A stretch of 64,000 nucleotides of DNA from Octopus sinensis (lineage: Eukaryota). Shown one piece after another: positions 40,262 to 54,610 of the stretch (position 1 is the first letter of the stretch; every line of letters begins with the position of its first letter). A program made the translations under genes and the position numbers. Where the stretch lies: contig NC_043002.1 of the NCBI RefSeq assembly GCF_006345805.1, forward strand, positions 114,328,001-114,392,000. The letters run 5' to 3'. The notes below the pieces were generated by a model. The model worked only from the letters and a program-made list of their open reading frames with translations, did no database searches and was not told the origin of the DNA.

Positions 40262-40420
40262 GCTTCTTTCAGTTTTCGTCTATGAAATCCATTCGCAACG
40301 CTTAGATCGCTCTGTGGCTCTAGTAGAAGATACTTGCTCACAGTACCATGCACTGAGATTGAACCCGGGCTAATGCGGTTGGGAAGCAAACGTTTTACCA
40401 CACAACCACACCTATGTAAA
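40040..40420 (-). mobile_element. SINE family A, diverged
   Basis: Colinear with 9347-9762. Confidence 0.7.
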
Positions 40421-40469
40421 CACGAGTATTCACGAAAAGCATGATCGTGTCCGGAGAAAATATAAAAGA

Positions 40470-40800
40470 AGATTGCTTCCCAACCACATGGTTCGGGTTT
40501 CAGTGCCACTGCGGAGCACTTTTTGCAAGTGTCTTCTACTATAATCTCAGGCCGACCAAAGCTTCGCGTGGGGATTTGGTAGACGGAAACTGAAAGAAGC
40601 TCGTCGTATATATGTTGCTTGTGTGTTAACTTGTGTCTGTGTTTGTTTCCCAACCAACGCTTGACAGCGGGCGTTGGTGTGTTTACGTCCCCGTAACTTA
40701 CCGGCTCGGCAAAACAGACCGGTAAAATAAGTACCAGGCTTTAAAAAATTAAGTACCGGGGTCGATTTGCTTGAATAAAAGAATAAAAGAATAAAAGAAT
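40470..40800 (+). mobile_element. SINE family A, diverged, (AATAAAAG)n tail
   Basis: CCAACCACATGGTTCGGGTTTCAGTGCC...GGGGTCGATTTGCT. Confidence 0.75.
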
Positions 40801-40814
40801 AAAAACAAAAATTA

Positions 40815-40875
<61 letters not shown>

Positions 40876-41119
40876 ATACAAAGTAAGATAAGGGTTATGG
40901 GTGTAACCCAGTATGGGATAGTATTTATCCAATATACTGTTGGTAAAGTACGCAGATTCTTAATACATAAATGTTTTTAATATATCTCATTTATTGTATT
41001 AAACGGGTGAAGGTAAAGAAATATTTTTAGCGTAAATTTATAATACAAATAAGAAAATGGAGATACAAATTTTGATGAACTAAATTTGTTTTTCCATTTC
41101 CTTATTTGTATTATATATA

Positions 41120-41268
<149 letters not shown>

Positions 41269-41577
41269 GTGGAGGCGCAATGACCCAGAGGTTAGGGTAG
41301 CGGACTCGCGGTTGTAGGATCGCGGTTTCGATTTCCAGACCGGGCGTTGTGAGTGTTTATTGAGCGAAAACACCTAAAGCTCCACGAGGCTCCGGCAGGG
41401 TGGTGGCAATCCCTGCTGTACACTTTCGCCATAACTTTCTCTCATTCTTTCTTCTGTTGGCCTGCTCGCTTAGCCAGCGGGGTGGCGTCATTTGAAGACT
41501 AAAACAATGCGAAGCGCATTGTGACTAGCGATGTGTAACAACAGCTGATAGCCTGGTCGGAAAAAAAGAAAAAAAAA

Positions 41578-41580
<3 letters not shown>
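41269..41580 (+). mobile_element. SINE family B head with a third tail type, A-rich end
   Basis: Head matches 27493; diverges after CTCTCATTCT. Confidence 0.82.
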
Positions 41581-41648
<68 letters not shown>

Positions 41649-42019
41649 TGGAAAGGCGGTGAGAACAATTTCCACCGTGGTCGACTTTACCTTTCATCCC
41701 CACGGGTTCGGTAACATAAGTACCAGTCGAGCACTGGGGTCGGTGTAATCGATTTATTCTCTCCCCCAATACTTGTTGGCTTTATGCTAAAATTTGAAAC
41801 CAATACGTGGGTGGGTGTATTTGTGTTCGTTTGTTCGTGTGTGTGTAAAACTTATTCCTATTTCTTAGTGCAGGTTCACTTAGTCAATACATATTTGTAT
41901 ATTACCATTCTGTAGGTGAAGTCTATTTATCTTTATTGAGCGTTTTGTCAGTTTTTTTTCGCACAGAAATATTTTCGTTATACTTGGGGTGTTATTTAAT
42001 TCTATGATCAACATGCGCA

Positions 42020-42420
42020 TACACACACACACATACATACATACATACATACATATATACATGCATTCATACATACATACATACATACATACATACAAAC
42101 AGACATACATACATACATACATATATACATGCATTCATACATACATACATACATACATGCATGCGTACATACATACATACATACATGCATGCATACATAC
42201 ATACATACATACATACATACATGCATTCATACATACATACATACATACATACATACATGCATGCATGCATACATACATACATACATACATACATGCATAC
42301 ATACATACATACATACATGCGTTCGTATATATATGCATATACACATACATATATACACATATACACATACAGATTTGTATACACATATATATACACACAC
42401 ACATACATGCACATACACGT
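42020..42420. repeat. (CATA)n tract
   Basis: Direct reading. Confidence 0.95.
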
Positions 42421-42462
42421 ATTAGTCTTTATAAACACCAACTCGAGGCATATGTTCGTATA

Positions 42463-42522
<60 letters not shown>

Positions 42523-45447
42523 AAGGCATATATACGTACTTATAAACTATGTATATACAGCCACACACATACATAATAAAATTTAACATATATAGTAAAT
42601 ATATTAATTTTCCACGGTATTGAAAATCCTTACTGAAGCGGAACAGCACATATTAAACTCATTTAATGGTGACTTTGATATGAAAACTACCTAAACGAAA
42701 AGTTATTTGATTTCGCCATCCTAAATTTCTTTCCTTCTTCCCTCTCTCTCATTTACATTAATAAGCATACCACCTGGCCCCCGTGGTGTATATGTCACAG
42801 CTAGTCTAGTACAGTATAACTGCTATAGACATCTACGTCTCAGTGCTGTAGCCTGTACGTGTTCGCTTGACCTAGGTGAAATATTAGCCAAATTTTCCTC
42901 AGATTACACTCTAGTGTCTTCACTAGAACTGTTATATTCGATAACGTGGTCTTAGATACTCAATGCATGAGATAACAAGATCGTTATGCTTCGAATGCCT
43001 TTAATCACAAATTTGTTTTGATAGGGTTGACCTAGGGTTTAGCAATCACTCGGATTCCAGTTACTCTTTCATCTCGGTGGCTGCTATAACTTCCTATCAT
43101 TATGAAAATAGGTATTTTAACAATGGTCCTTTTTCTATGTGACTCTAAACCACATTCAAAATGCTGACGCAATCATGTCTAAAAAATGGAATGTAGTTTT
43201 CGTTTACATATTTCTTACAGAAGGCGAATAGGAGTCGCATTTTATCAGAATCTATCAGAGAAATATTTTATCAGAATTTTTCTAGTTTCAGCAAAATTTC
43301 CTTGTCAGACATTTCTTTATTTCTTGGAGTGAATTTATTCTCGACATTTTTAATCCATGATATCTAGACTTCCTTATAATTAATATGATATTCAACAAGA
43401 GAATAATGAGATTCTATATTTAGTTTTCGTCCCTTGCAATTCTGATTCCTTTTCCTACCAACAATATAAGATTTTGTTACTGTATAAACTAATCATTAAC
43501 ATTCGGACGCCATTCGCTTATTCATTTCCCTCACCCCCGTAGACAGAGATTATGTAAGCAAGCAGCATAACCCATTCTTCTCAGACTAACGGGATCTCAG
43601 AAACTGAGTTCAAGGGGTAAACGTTATGGGAAAAACAGACGAAATATAGTTTTATAACCAACAGAAATTTATTGGCCAATTGTTCAAATGCGATTTCACC
43701 CGCATATACTCAAATGGATGGCAATGAGATTTTCAGAAAGATATAGTTCTTACCCTTCAGTGAGCTGTATTAAGTTTCCTGTCCATAGCAAAATACCGCC
43801 TATATTAATCTAAGACTCATTATCTTCTATATCCACTAGGTAAGATAGCTTCTATTACATGTAGATACAAACACTTTTGAGGAAGCTAAATTCACGCTGC
43901 TTCAGGAAATATTTCATCAAGTTGTAGTTCAAGTTGTTACCATTTTATTGCTGGCAAGACACGTGTTCTTGGCTAGAAGTTCAATTTATTGCCGCCAAGG
44001 AAAGTGATAATTTAATAGTTGGGTTCTATTTCAAGTCTTCGCAGCTGCATTAATTTACTTCTCTTTTCCTCTTGTCATAATATCCTAACATACTCCAACA
44101 TTGCGTCTGTCACCACCATTAACAATACGAAGCTATCAAACACGTTACATTAGCGTACAGCTATGCTATCAATATGCAGGCGAGTGATTCAGACCTCCCT
44201 CGCTAAAGTAATGGTTTCTCTGCAAGTAACAGCGCTCAATATATCAACTGCACAAAGATTAAGAAAATAAGAAAACCAAACATTTTTGTGTAATATAAAC
44301 AGAGGAAATATGGTTAGGGAACGATTGAACACAAAAAATAACAAAACTGAGTACTAAAGTTTAGAGGTATCTTGTGCATCCGATTTGTTAGAAAGCCTAA
44401 ATATAAGCATTCCAATTATATATACTAGCTGGTACCTTACCATTAAGCTAAAATGTTACAATTGTATGGTGTTGTTGTTTAGCTCCCAATCAGCTCTGAT
44501 TCAGCAGGCCTCTGATCGAAGGTGTTCGAACTACGATCAGCCACGTCTTTTGTTTCACGTGCATTATCCAACGGATACGTGCTTTTTAAGAAGGTAGGAT
44601 GTGATTAGAGACAAAACTGATTGCTATTTCCAGTGAATGAATGATTTTTCTTTTGTATATCTTTGTCTTACCCTACGTAATCTTTCGATTAACTGGAAAT
44701 AGTAACTAAATCTATTTCAAACAGCACCACTCCGTCAAAAAAAGGGAAAGACTCACTGGAGAATGTACAGGACAAAAAAGGAAAAAAAAAGAGGAAAAGA
44801 ATAGAGAAGGAGAAAAAAGGAAAAAGGAAAACGAAGAAAAGAAAGAAAGAAAATTAAAAGAACCCCCGCCGCCCAAAAAGCTATGTAGTCTTCGCAGTTT
44901 GAATACCTTTCATCTCTTATTGTTTCAAATCCACTGATATTTTTAACAGAATTAACTAAGCACATTTTTTCTTAACTAAATTAGTGTATTTCTCCTCAAC
45001 ACACAACACTCATAACAACTATAGTTATAAAAAAGTTCAGTGAAGAAATTACCAAATTCATTAAATTAACAAACTTAGCTTTCATCTCTTTCTCTCTCTC
45101 TCTATAATATTTCTGTCATTGCCATAAGCACCAAAAATGAAATAAGAACATCCCACTGACTGATCTTCAAGTAATTTCACAGAAATTCATATTTAAAAAA
45201 ATATAGGAATCTACTCAATCAAAAAATATCATTTGAGAAATGCTTTAGGGTATCTATGAGGATAAAAATCATTTGACTTGGATATTCTTTGGTGTTGTTC
45301 ACTTTATTGATTGCATTGGGAAATATTTAATAACTGCTCAGATTGTCATAGTAGAGGCAAATTGGCAATAACAACTACCGGATCAGTTTGTAGAACAACA
45401 CAAAGATGCATTTGCATATGCAAATTCGTGTATATATATATACACAA

Positions 45448-45535
<88 letters not shown>

Positions 45536-45721
45536 TTATTTTTTTTTTGTTCTTTTCTTCCCTTTTACGATCCCTCTTGATCGAAAACCTACGCCACCCC
45601 CCTTTTTTTTTTCTTTTGTTTTTTGTTTTTTTCATCCCCCAAAAGAAAAGCTCTACCTTGTAACTTGCCCCATCTGTGTGCAGCCCTGTGTGGCCAATAA
45701 AGAAACTTATCTATCTATCTG

Positions 45722-45770
<49 letters not shown>

Positions 45771-46324
45771 ACATACATACATACATACATACATACATAC
45801 ATACATACATACATACACACACACATACATACAAGTACTTGTAGACAAGAATCTCTTATATTTGCATATGTAAACCAATGTACACATCCACATGAAAGAT
45901 TAAAAAACACACATAACACATTAAACACCAAACACACATGCGCGCGCACACACACACAAACATACACACACACACACACACACAGGTACACACCCACATA
46001 CATACACACATGTAAGAGTGTGTGTGAGTGTGTGTGTATCTGTATAACGTAATGTGAGTAATGGCTCTTGCATAGATGAAGCAATATGTATCTATTATTG
46101 CGCATGTAATTACAAATTGCTAATGCAAATCTATGCATGTATTCTTGCTCTATGCAAAACAGAATGTTTAAGTACACATACACCTGCATATATAAATCTA
46201 TACACAAAATAATGCACATGTATTTAGATATGTAAATCTTTATGAAACAATAACTGTATCTCTCTTTCACACCACCTCGATTTGCCCCGCTCTCCCTTTC
46301 TCTATCCCTTTCTCCCTCCCCCTC

Positions 46325-46336
46325 TATCTATCTATC

Positions 46337-46389
<53 letters not shown>

Positions 46390-46398
46390 GTCTATCTG

Positions 46399-46457
<59 letters not shown>

Positions 46458-46466
46458 GTCTATCTG

Positions 46467-46529
<63 letters not shown>

Positions 46530-46538
46530 GTCTATCTG

Positions 46539-46617
<79 letters not shown>
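46325..46617. repeat. (TATC)n tract
   Basis: Direct reading; shorter tracts at 45445, 45705 and 52290. Confidence 0.96.
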
Positions 46618-47187
46618 CCGTTATATATATCAGAACGGATATTCGATAGAATATTCATCTGTGCTTCATACAAAATGTAAACATACCGCGAAAGTTGAAT
46701 TAAAGGCGGGATTCGTTCGGAGATAATACCTCTTATGGACGTATTGTGTTTAAAAACACAAAAAATATCAACGTAGCAAAAACCGTTCTAGCAGCATCTG
46801 GTGAGAGTACTAGATGCACCTCTGCCTTGTTGGACGTTGGCAATAACATGTACTCACAGCCAACCGCATGCTAAGATAAAATTTTTCGTCACCAACGTAG
46901 GATAAAATTGCCCATCTGAAAAAAAAAAACAACAAAAAACAAAAAAAAAAACTGTTATATACAACAGGAACAGTATTAGATTAAAATTGCCTCCGAGACA
47001 TACATACATACATACATACATGAAACTATATGCATGAGAATACATACATAAAACATACGAATCTGCACATATCTACATACATACATACATACATACATAC
47101 ATACATACATACATACATACATACATACATACATGCATACATACATGCATACATACATACATACATACATACATACATACATACATA

Positions 47188-48490
47188 CGACCGCCTCTAC
47201 CTAAAACAAAATAAGGCGGCAGAGGCTTAACATCGATTCAAATTGCCTTTGAATGTCGCATCATATCCCTTCGGCAACATCTTTTAACCACAAAATGTCG
47301 AAGTGCATTCTTGACCAAGTTTACATACATGAGGCTGATAACGTCCTAAGACTTGGAAGGCAGCTCCTTGAGCAATACACTTTGTCTGATAACCTAGAAT
47401 ACGTGCCCAAAGAAGTCATACGACTCTACCGCAACGTATCATCAGATGAAAGGAGGAGCCTATATGAACAGAAGACTATGCATGGATATGTTAGTAGAAA
47501 GCTCCGTGATGATAGTAACATCGAACATCAAAGCAGTTTATCATGAACAATAGTCGGATTACTACCTTCCACTTTGAAGGGTATGCGTTTGCAATCCAGG
47601 AACAGGAAATATCAACCAAGTACCTGATGCACAAAAGGGATAGAGATGCAGGAAAAGTCGTAAAATGTGACAACCGATGCAAACTTTGTGGAGTTCACAC
47701 TGAAGATATCACCCACATCATAAGCAGCTGTCCAGAAATGTCATCACGGTATTATCTACCGATGAGACATGACGTTGTAGCTGGGACACTCTACAATGAA
47801 AGGGTAATGCCGAGGACAAAGAATTAAGAACCCACAATATGGTAGAAGCCATAGCCACTCAAAATAAAAAGGAATACTGGTGGAATGTACCAGTGAAGAC
47901 CTCAATAAAATGTAAGCACAACATACCTGTTATAATGATTTGGGATAGAGAAGAGAAACTGTGCACATTTGTGGAAATTAGCTGCCCAGCAGATGTTAAC
48001 ATAAAAAAGAGAACACTTATGCTGAACTATTGGGAAATCTGCAGTAACTCTATCTAGATTAGAAGTTCAGGTTTATACCTGTAATTATTGGAGCCCTGGG
48101 ATATGTAACACACTGCCTAAATACCAATCTTGAGATCTTGAGAAATTAAGCTTCTCAAAACCGAAAGGAGAATGCTACAGGTCCTTCACTGGAACAGTAA
48201 AAATCTGTAAAATTTTCCTGAAGTTTATCATTTAAATATATATGAGCATGTCTAGATATGCAACTATATGCATGAGAATACATACATAAAACATACAAAT
48301 CTGCACATACATACATACATACATACATACACACAAAAAACATACATACAAACAAAAATACCCTGTTGTTAATGTTGAAATTCCAATGAAGGAGCCTTGG
48401 ATCTAGGTTAAAAACCATTGGCAAGACATCTTGAAATAAACTGAATAATGACTTACATGCATACATTAATTCAAACATAAATACATTCAT
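47188..48490 (+). mobile_element. 5'-truncated R4/Dong-type LINE associated with (CATA)n
   Basis: RLYLKQN..GRGL, FEGYAFAIQEQEISTKY, CKLCG..EDITHIISSC, RHDVVA, WWNVPV, VEISCPADVN; (CATA)n at the 5' flank and in the 3' UTR. Confidence 0.88.
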
Positions 48491-48514
48491 ACATGAATAC
48501 AATATATATTCTTT

Positions 48515-48720
48515 CTATTGTTCTTTTACTTGTTTCAGTCATTTGGGTGCGGCCATGCTGGAGCACCGCCTTAAAGGGTTTTAGTCGAACAAATGAACTC
48601 CAGAACTTATTCTTTGTAAGGCTAGTACTTATTTAATCGGTCTTTTTTGCCGAACCGCTAGCTTACGGGGACGTAAACAGCAACATTGGTTATCAAGCGA
48701 TAACAACACAAACACAATGA
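48515..48720 (-). mobile_element. SINE family A, 3' half
   Basis: TTTTACTTGTTTCAGTCATTTGGGTGCGGCCATGCTGGAGCACC. Confidence 0.8.
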
Positions 48721-48730
48721 CATACACTCA

Positions 48731-48770
<40 letters not shown>

Positions 48771-48775
<5 letters not shown>

Positions 48776-49807
48776 TTATATATGAGGATAATATCGATAT
48801 TTAAGTGTCGAAATTATCAAGTGGCCAGCATGAAAGAAATACCTTACAAAGGTAAACATTTTTTAACAATTAAAAATGAGGGTGTCTAAAAGACACCAAC
48901 ATGCCGAAATAGCAGTCGAAACTCTGACTATAAAACCACATTAAATGTTCATATCGCACCATGAGGTAAAGCGGAGGGACAAAACATACAAGCAAAAATT
49001 ATTGAATAATTCAAGATCCAAGGATTTCTGGTTCTGCTTTAATAAGCTTTACCGTCATCAATTGAATATATCAAGGGTACATAAATACAGATATATATAT
49101 GCACAGCAAACGATATACTTACATATACGAGCGTCGCACACACATACATATGCACGTATGGACACAGCCAGTCTGAATCGCCCGCCAAATCACCGCATAA
49201 TAACGATATGGTTAAAATAAGCACCGCAGTGAATATAATAACGAATTATATAAATTTATATATGAGGATAATATCGATATTTAATCGGCATGTTGGTGTC
49301 TTTTAGACACCCTCATTTTTAATTGTTAAAAAATTTTTTTACCTTTGTAAGGTATTTCTTTCATGCTGGCCACTTGATAATTTCGACACTTAAATATCGA
49401 TATTATCCTCATATATAAATTTATATAATTCGTTATTATATTCACTGCGGTGCTTATTTTAACCACATCGTTATTATGCGGTGATTTGGCGGGCGATTCA
49501 GACTGGCTGTGTCCATACGTGCATATGTATGTGTGTGCGACGCTCGTATATGTAAGTATATCGTTTGCTGTGCATATATATATATCTGTATTTATGTACC
49601 CTTGATATATTCAATTGATGACGGTAAAGCTTATTAAAGCAGAACCAGAAATCCTTGGATCTTGAATTATCCAATAATTTTTGCTTGTATGTTTTGTCCC
49701 TCCGCATTACCTCATGGTGCGATATGAACATTTAATGTGGTTTTATAGTCAGAGTTTCGACTGCTATTTCGGCATGTTGGTGTCTTTTAGACACCCTCAT
49801 TTTTAAT

Positions 49808-49808
<1 letters not shown>
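48771..49808. repeat. 480-bp unit present as a forward 1.07-mer and an inverted 1.09-mer in different phase, within (TA)n
   Basis: TAAATTTATATATGAGG at 48771 and 49251; 49285-49808 reads backward from unit position ~48907, wraps round and passes it again. Confidence 0.9.
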
Positions 49809-49902
<94 letters not shown>

Positions 49903-50387
49903 GTATGCATATATATATATACATACACACGACGGATTTCTTTCAACTTCTGTCTACCAAATCCACTTACAAGGCCTAGGTCAGCCTGAGGCGTATAGTA
50001 GAAAATACTTCCCGAAGGTGCAACGTAGTCGGGCTGAATCCGGAAGCATGTGGTTTAAACTCAGTACGTCTGGACAAATATTGAAGTTAATTTGCCTTTC
50101 GTGATTAGATATAATGATACACAGTTATCGACTCTGTCTTCCTCTCTCTCCACACCCCATATATATATTTTTTAATCTTTTTTTATCTTTTTACTTGTTT
50201 CAGCTATTCGATTGCAGCTATGCGTTGAAGAATTTTTGTCGAACGAATCGACTCCAGTAGTTGTGCTGCAGCATGGCCGCAAGTCTTGAGCTGAAACTAG
50301 TTAAGAAATTAAATAAAGTACTTATTCTATCGTTCACTTTTGCGTATGCTTACCAACACCAGTTGCCATGTGATGGTGGACACGCAT

Positions 50388-50454
<67 letters not shown>

Positions 50455-50999
50455 ATCCTTCATTCTTTCTGGTTTCTTTTCTTCTACCTTGCTGTCCCCC
50501 TCTCTCTCTCATTCTTCATTCTTTCTGGTTTTCTCTACAACCATTCCCTTTTTTCTCTCCCTTTCTGTTGCTCCTCCTCCTCCCTCCCGTCGTTGACCCG
50601 AGACGAGAGGTCTGCTACTGCCTTTCTGACCTGGCTTCCTTCAAGTGTGGATGGTTTTCCTGTCTCTCTCTTGCAGTCCTCAAAAGCGTTCATAATATTT
50701 TTCCTTTCGTTCTGGCTTAACAGCTCTCATTGTTTGTATTACTGTTATTCTCCTTGTCCTGTCTTTTACTGTCTTTACTGTTCTGTTTTTGTTACCATTT
50801 GTACCCCTCCGCAAAAAAACGCAAATTTTATTTAATCTGCTTTTGCGGGAAGGACTGTTTCAACGAAGTGGTGTCTCACCTTTACCTTCGGAACGCGGAG
50901 TAGATGAAACAGAGGCGGCTGAAGAAGGGGAATTTTCCTTGTGTTGTATGTCTTGTACTCTATTTTTTCGTTGTTTAAGAAAAATGTCCATTTCCTTGG

Positions 51000-51165
51000 T
51001 TTTGTGTTTACGTCCCCGTAACTTAGCGGATCGGCAAAAGAGACCGATAGAATAAGTAGTAGGCTTACAAAGAATAAGCTCTGGGGTCGATTTGCTCGAC
51101 TAAAGGCGGTGCTCCAGCATGGCCGCAGTCAAATGACTGAAACAAGTAAAAGCGTAAAAGAGTAA
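51000..51165 (+). mobile_element. SINE family A, 3' half
   Basis: GTTTACGTCCCCGTAACTTAGCGG...GACTGAAACAAGTAAAAG. Confidence 0.85.
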
Positions 51166-51184
51166 TATTTATACATACACACAC

Positions 51185-51240
<56 letters not shown>

Positions 51241-51364
51241 TCAGATGTGGCAGGTTGTCAACGGAAGAGGAAGAGAGTAATCAATACTGATGTAGAATAT
51301 CACTTATTTAAGCTGGATCAGTTTTCTCACGATACAGATTTCACCAGGCTGCAGTGCAAGTTGC

Positions 51365-51424
<60 letters not shown>

Positions 51425-51529
51425 TCTCTCACACACACACAAATGGATTTCCCTGTGAATTCATAAACGGTCTAATTCAAGGACAGTTATAATCGAAGCT
51501 ATAATAATCTGGCATGTACTGCTTTTTGA

Positions 51530-51735
51530 AATATTGGCACAAAGCCAGCAATTTTAGGGGGTGGACTAAATCGATTACATCGTCCCCAGGGTACAACTAG
51601 TACTTATTTTGTCGTACCCCGAAAAGATGAAACGCGAAGTCGATCTCGGTGGTATTTAAACCCAGAACGTGAGAACGGACGAAATGCCGCTAAGTATTTT
51701 TCTCGGCGTGCAAACGATCCTGCAAGCTCGCTGTC
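51530..51735 (-). mobile_element. SINE family C
   Basis: CCCCGAAAAGATGAAACGCGAAGTCGATCTCGG...GCAAGCTCGC. Confidence 0.75.
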
Positions 51736-52289
51736 TTATTTTAATTTATAATATTGATTATTAAACGAATTAGTATCGTTAAATGTCTTTAATTACTTTA
51801 CTTGGTTTACATTCTACAACTAGAATGGATGACCGCGTTATAAGTAAATAGCTTGAGTTACACGATGCAGATTTCTATGCTAAAGATCTTTTAAATTTTG
51901 AGCAGAAATTTGTCTATGATGATACCAATATCCAAGGCAGAACAGACTGAGCTGAGATGCAAACAAAAGAATTCTTTATTAACGAATTAAGAAAAAACGT
52001 TTAAAAGATGGCAAAGAATACAGAGAACAAGTTGAAAACTCATTCCGCTGCTTTGGGCTGAAAAGAAAAAGCGAAATAAATAACCGGCTCATTATATTAA
52101 AAAACAACAACGAAGCTTTTTCTTTTTCCATCTGCTGATGCAAGTCATTTAACTCGTAATATATAGCTGCACCTAGTTTATTAGTAATGCACCTTCCTTA
52201 TTTATATCGTATATATATATGTGTCTCTCTCTTTACTGTCTCTCTCCCTCTCTTATTCTTCATTCTCCCTCTCCACTTCCAAGTAAGTT

Positions 52290-52364
<75 letters not shown>

Positions 52365-52392
52365 ATATATATGCATGTGTGTATGTATATGC

Positions 52393-52429
<37 letters not shown>

Positions 52430-52430
<1 letters not shown>

Positions 52431-52752
52431 TAGCACTATGACCCGGCAACGCCGGGTCATAGTGCTAGTGCATGCATATACAGCTGAGTGCATGCGCACA
52501 TACACGCGAGTACTGTCCAAACTTCCAACCAATCACATACAGCTAGCTGGCATTCAATTGGCGTATCAAATTTCGGGCATTTTGATTGGGTTTTGGATAG
52601 AAAATTCACAAAAATGTCACTTCTATTGATTTTTTAAATAACTTTGCAGGATGATGGGGAAATGTAAAGATGTGCACGACCACCCTTGAACGGTTTTGAA
52701 TGACCATAGAAAATGCGAGCCCTCTAACTGAAAAATTGTGGATTTTTATAAA

Positions 52753-52789
<37 letters not shown>

Positions 52790-52817
52790 GACATTTTGCC
52801 GTTCATATATATAGAGA
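52430..52817 (-). mobile_element. Non-autonomous Helitron with internal (GT)n and perfect terminal hairpin
   Basis: Minus strand A|TCTCTATATATATGAAC 5' end; 3' end ...GCCGGGTCATAGTGCTAG|T. Confidence 0.8.
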
Positions 52818-53370
52818 TATATGTGAATGTTTCTATGTAAAGTTAAATAAAAAACAAAACAAAAAAACCCCGTTGAATATTAAATTGAAGGAACACTCGT
52901 TATGTTTCGTAGAGTCACTACACTTATTAATTTTTGCACGGTAAAAGATTGACAGCGACTTCGAAATTTCCGCTTACTTACATTTACCAGTCTGTCATTG
53001 ATTTAATTTGTTTTTCAGGACTTGTATAATATTTTTGAAAGTTCATTTGGTGACTGTAGCAACAGTTATGAAAAATGAAAGGAGGTGAAAGTGAGTTTGT
53101 AAGGAGAACGAAATGGTTGTGTAGAGTTATGTTAAGTATATGTAAATAGAGTGCGGGTGAAGAGGAAATGATGGTGGTGAGAGTTTTTCTGGTTTGACTC
53201 AAGAAGTTTGTGTTTTTTGGTTGCAACTGCTACTTGCTTACATACTACGGATAGTCAGTTGTTTATATGTTATTGCTTCAACTCAGCACAGTACGTATTT
53301 ACTGCATGTATGTAGAAAGCGGTTCCTGTAGCAAGTACGATTCAGGTTACCATTTAACTTGGTTGAAAAT

Positions 53371-53769
53371 CTTTTAATCTTTCACTTGTTCAGTCATTAG
53401 ACTGCGGCCATACTGGGGCACCACCTTGAAGAATTTTAGTCGAATGAATCGATTCCAGTACTTATTCTTTTTAAAGCCCGGTACTTATTCTATCGGTCTC
53501 TTTTGCTGAACTGCTAAGTTACGGGGGCGTAAATACACCAACATCAGTTGTCAAGCGATGGTGAGGGACAAACACAAATACACACACACACATGCAAACA
53601 CACACATACGACGGGTTTCTTTCAGTTTCCGTCTACCAAATCTACTCACAGGGCTTTGGTTGGCCCGAGGCTATAGTAGAAGACACTTGCCCAAGGTGTC
53701 ACACAGTAGGACTGAACCCGGAACCATGTGTTTAGGAAGTAAGCTTCTTACCATAGCCACTCCTGCGCC
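53371..53769 (-). mobile_element. SINE family A, full length
   Basis: Colinear with 9347-9762. Confidence 0.88.
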
Positions 53770-54003
53770 TAAACATGATTTTTGATATATAACTTTTCTC
53801 TGGTTTAATGTTGGGGTTTGTACAATACAGTTTATTGATTTGACATTCAATCTGTTTCACCAGGGTAGGTCAGAGATTGGTCATTGATCAAAGATAGACT
53901 ATAGGTCAGTGATATGTCAAAGATAGTGGCTCTTAAAGGCAAGCCCAAAGAAATTTACAACTAGTTTTGAAAACGGGTTAAGGTGATGATACATTTTGTT
54001 CAA

Positions 54004-54004
<1 letters not shown>

Positions 54005-54036
<32 letters not shown>

Positions 54037-54057
54037 TGTATGTATGTATGTATTATG

Positions 54058-54091
<34 letters not shown>

Positions 54092-54610
54092 TGTATGTAT
54101 GTTTGTATGTATGTATGTTTGTATGTATGTATGTATGTATGTTTGTATGTATGTATGTATGTATGTTTGTATGTATGTATGTATGTGTGTTTGTATGTAT
54201 GCTTGTATGTATGTATGTATGTATGTATGTATGTTTGTATGTATGTTTGTATGTATGTATGTTTGTATGTATGTATGTATGTATGTATGTATGTATGTAT
54301 GTATGTATGTATGTTTGTATGTATGTATGTATCTGTATGTATGTATATATATATGTGAGTATGTGTGTGTGTATGTATGTATGTTTGTATGTATCTATGT
54401 ATGTTTGTATGTATGTATGCATGTATGTATGCATGTATGTATGTATGTTTGTATGTATGTATGTATGCATGTATGTATGTATGTTTGTATGTATGTATGT
54501 ATGTATGTATGTTTGTATGTATGTATGCATGTATGTATGTATGTATGTTTGTATGTATGTATGTTTGTATGTATGTATGTATGTATGTATGCATGTATGT
54601 ATGTATATGT
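54005..54610. repeat. (TATG)n/(TTTG) tract
   Basis: Direct reading. Confidence 0.96.

Noticed and set aside
43250-43950. hAT C-terminal motifs on the minus strand
   Set aside because: The two motif-like pieces occur in reversed order.
50925-50945. CTGAAGA-AGGGG..TTCCTT as a hammerhead
   Set aside because: No downstream GAAA; cannot close the core.
53019-53090. Exon-like segment (TTTTTCAG...GTGAGT)
   Set aside because: All three frames hit stops with the strong donor, and there is no homology.
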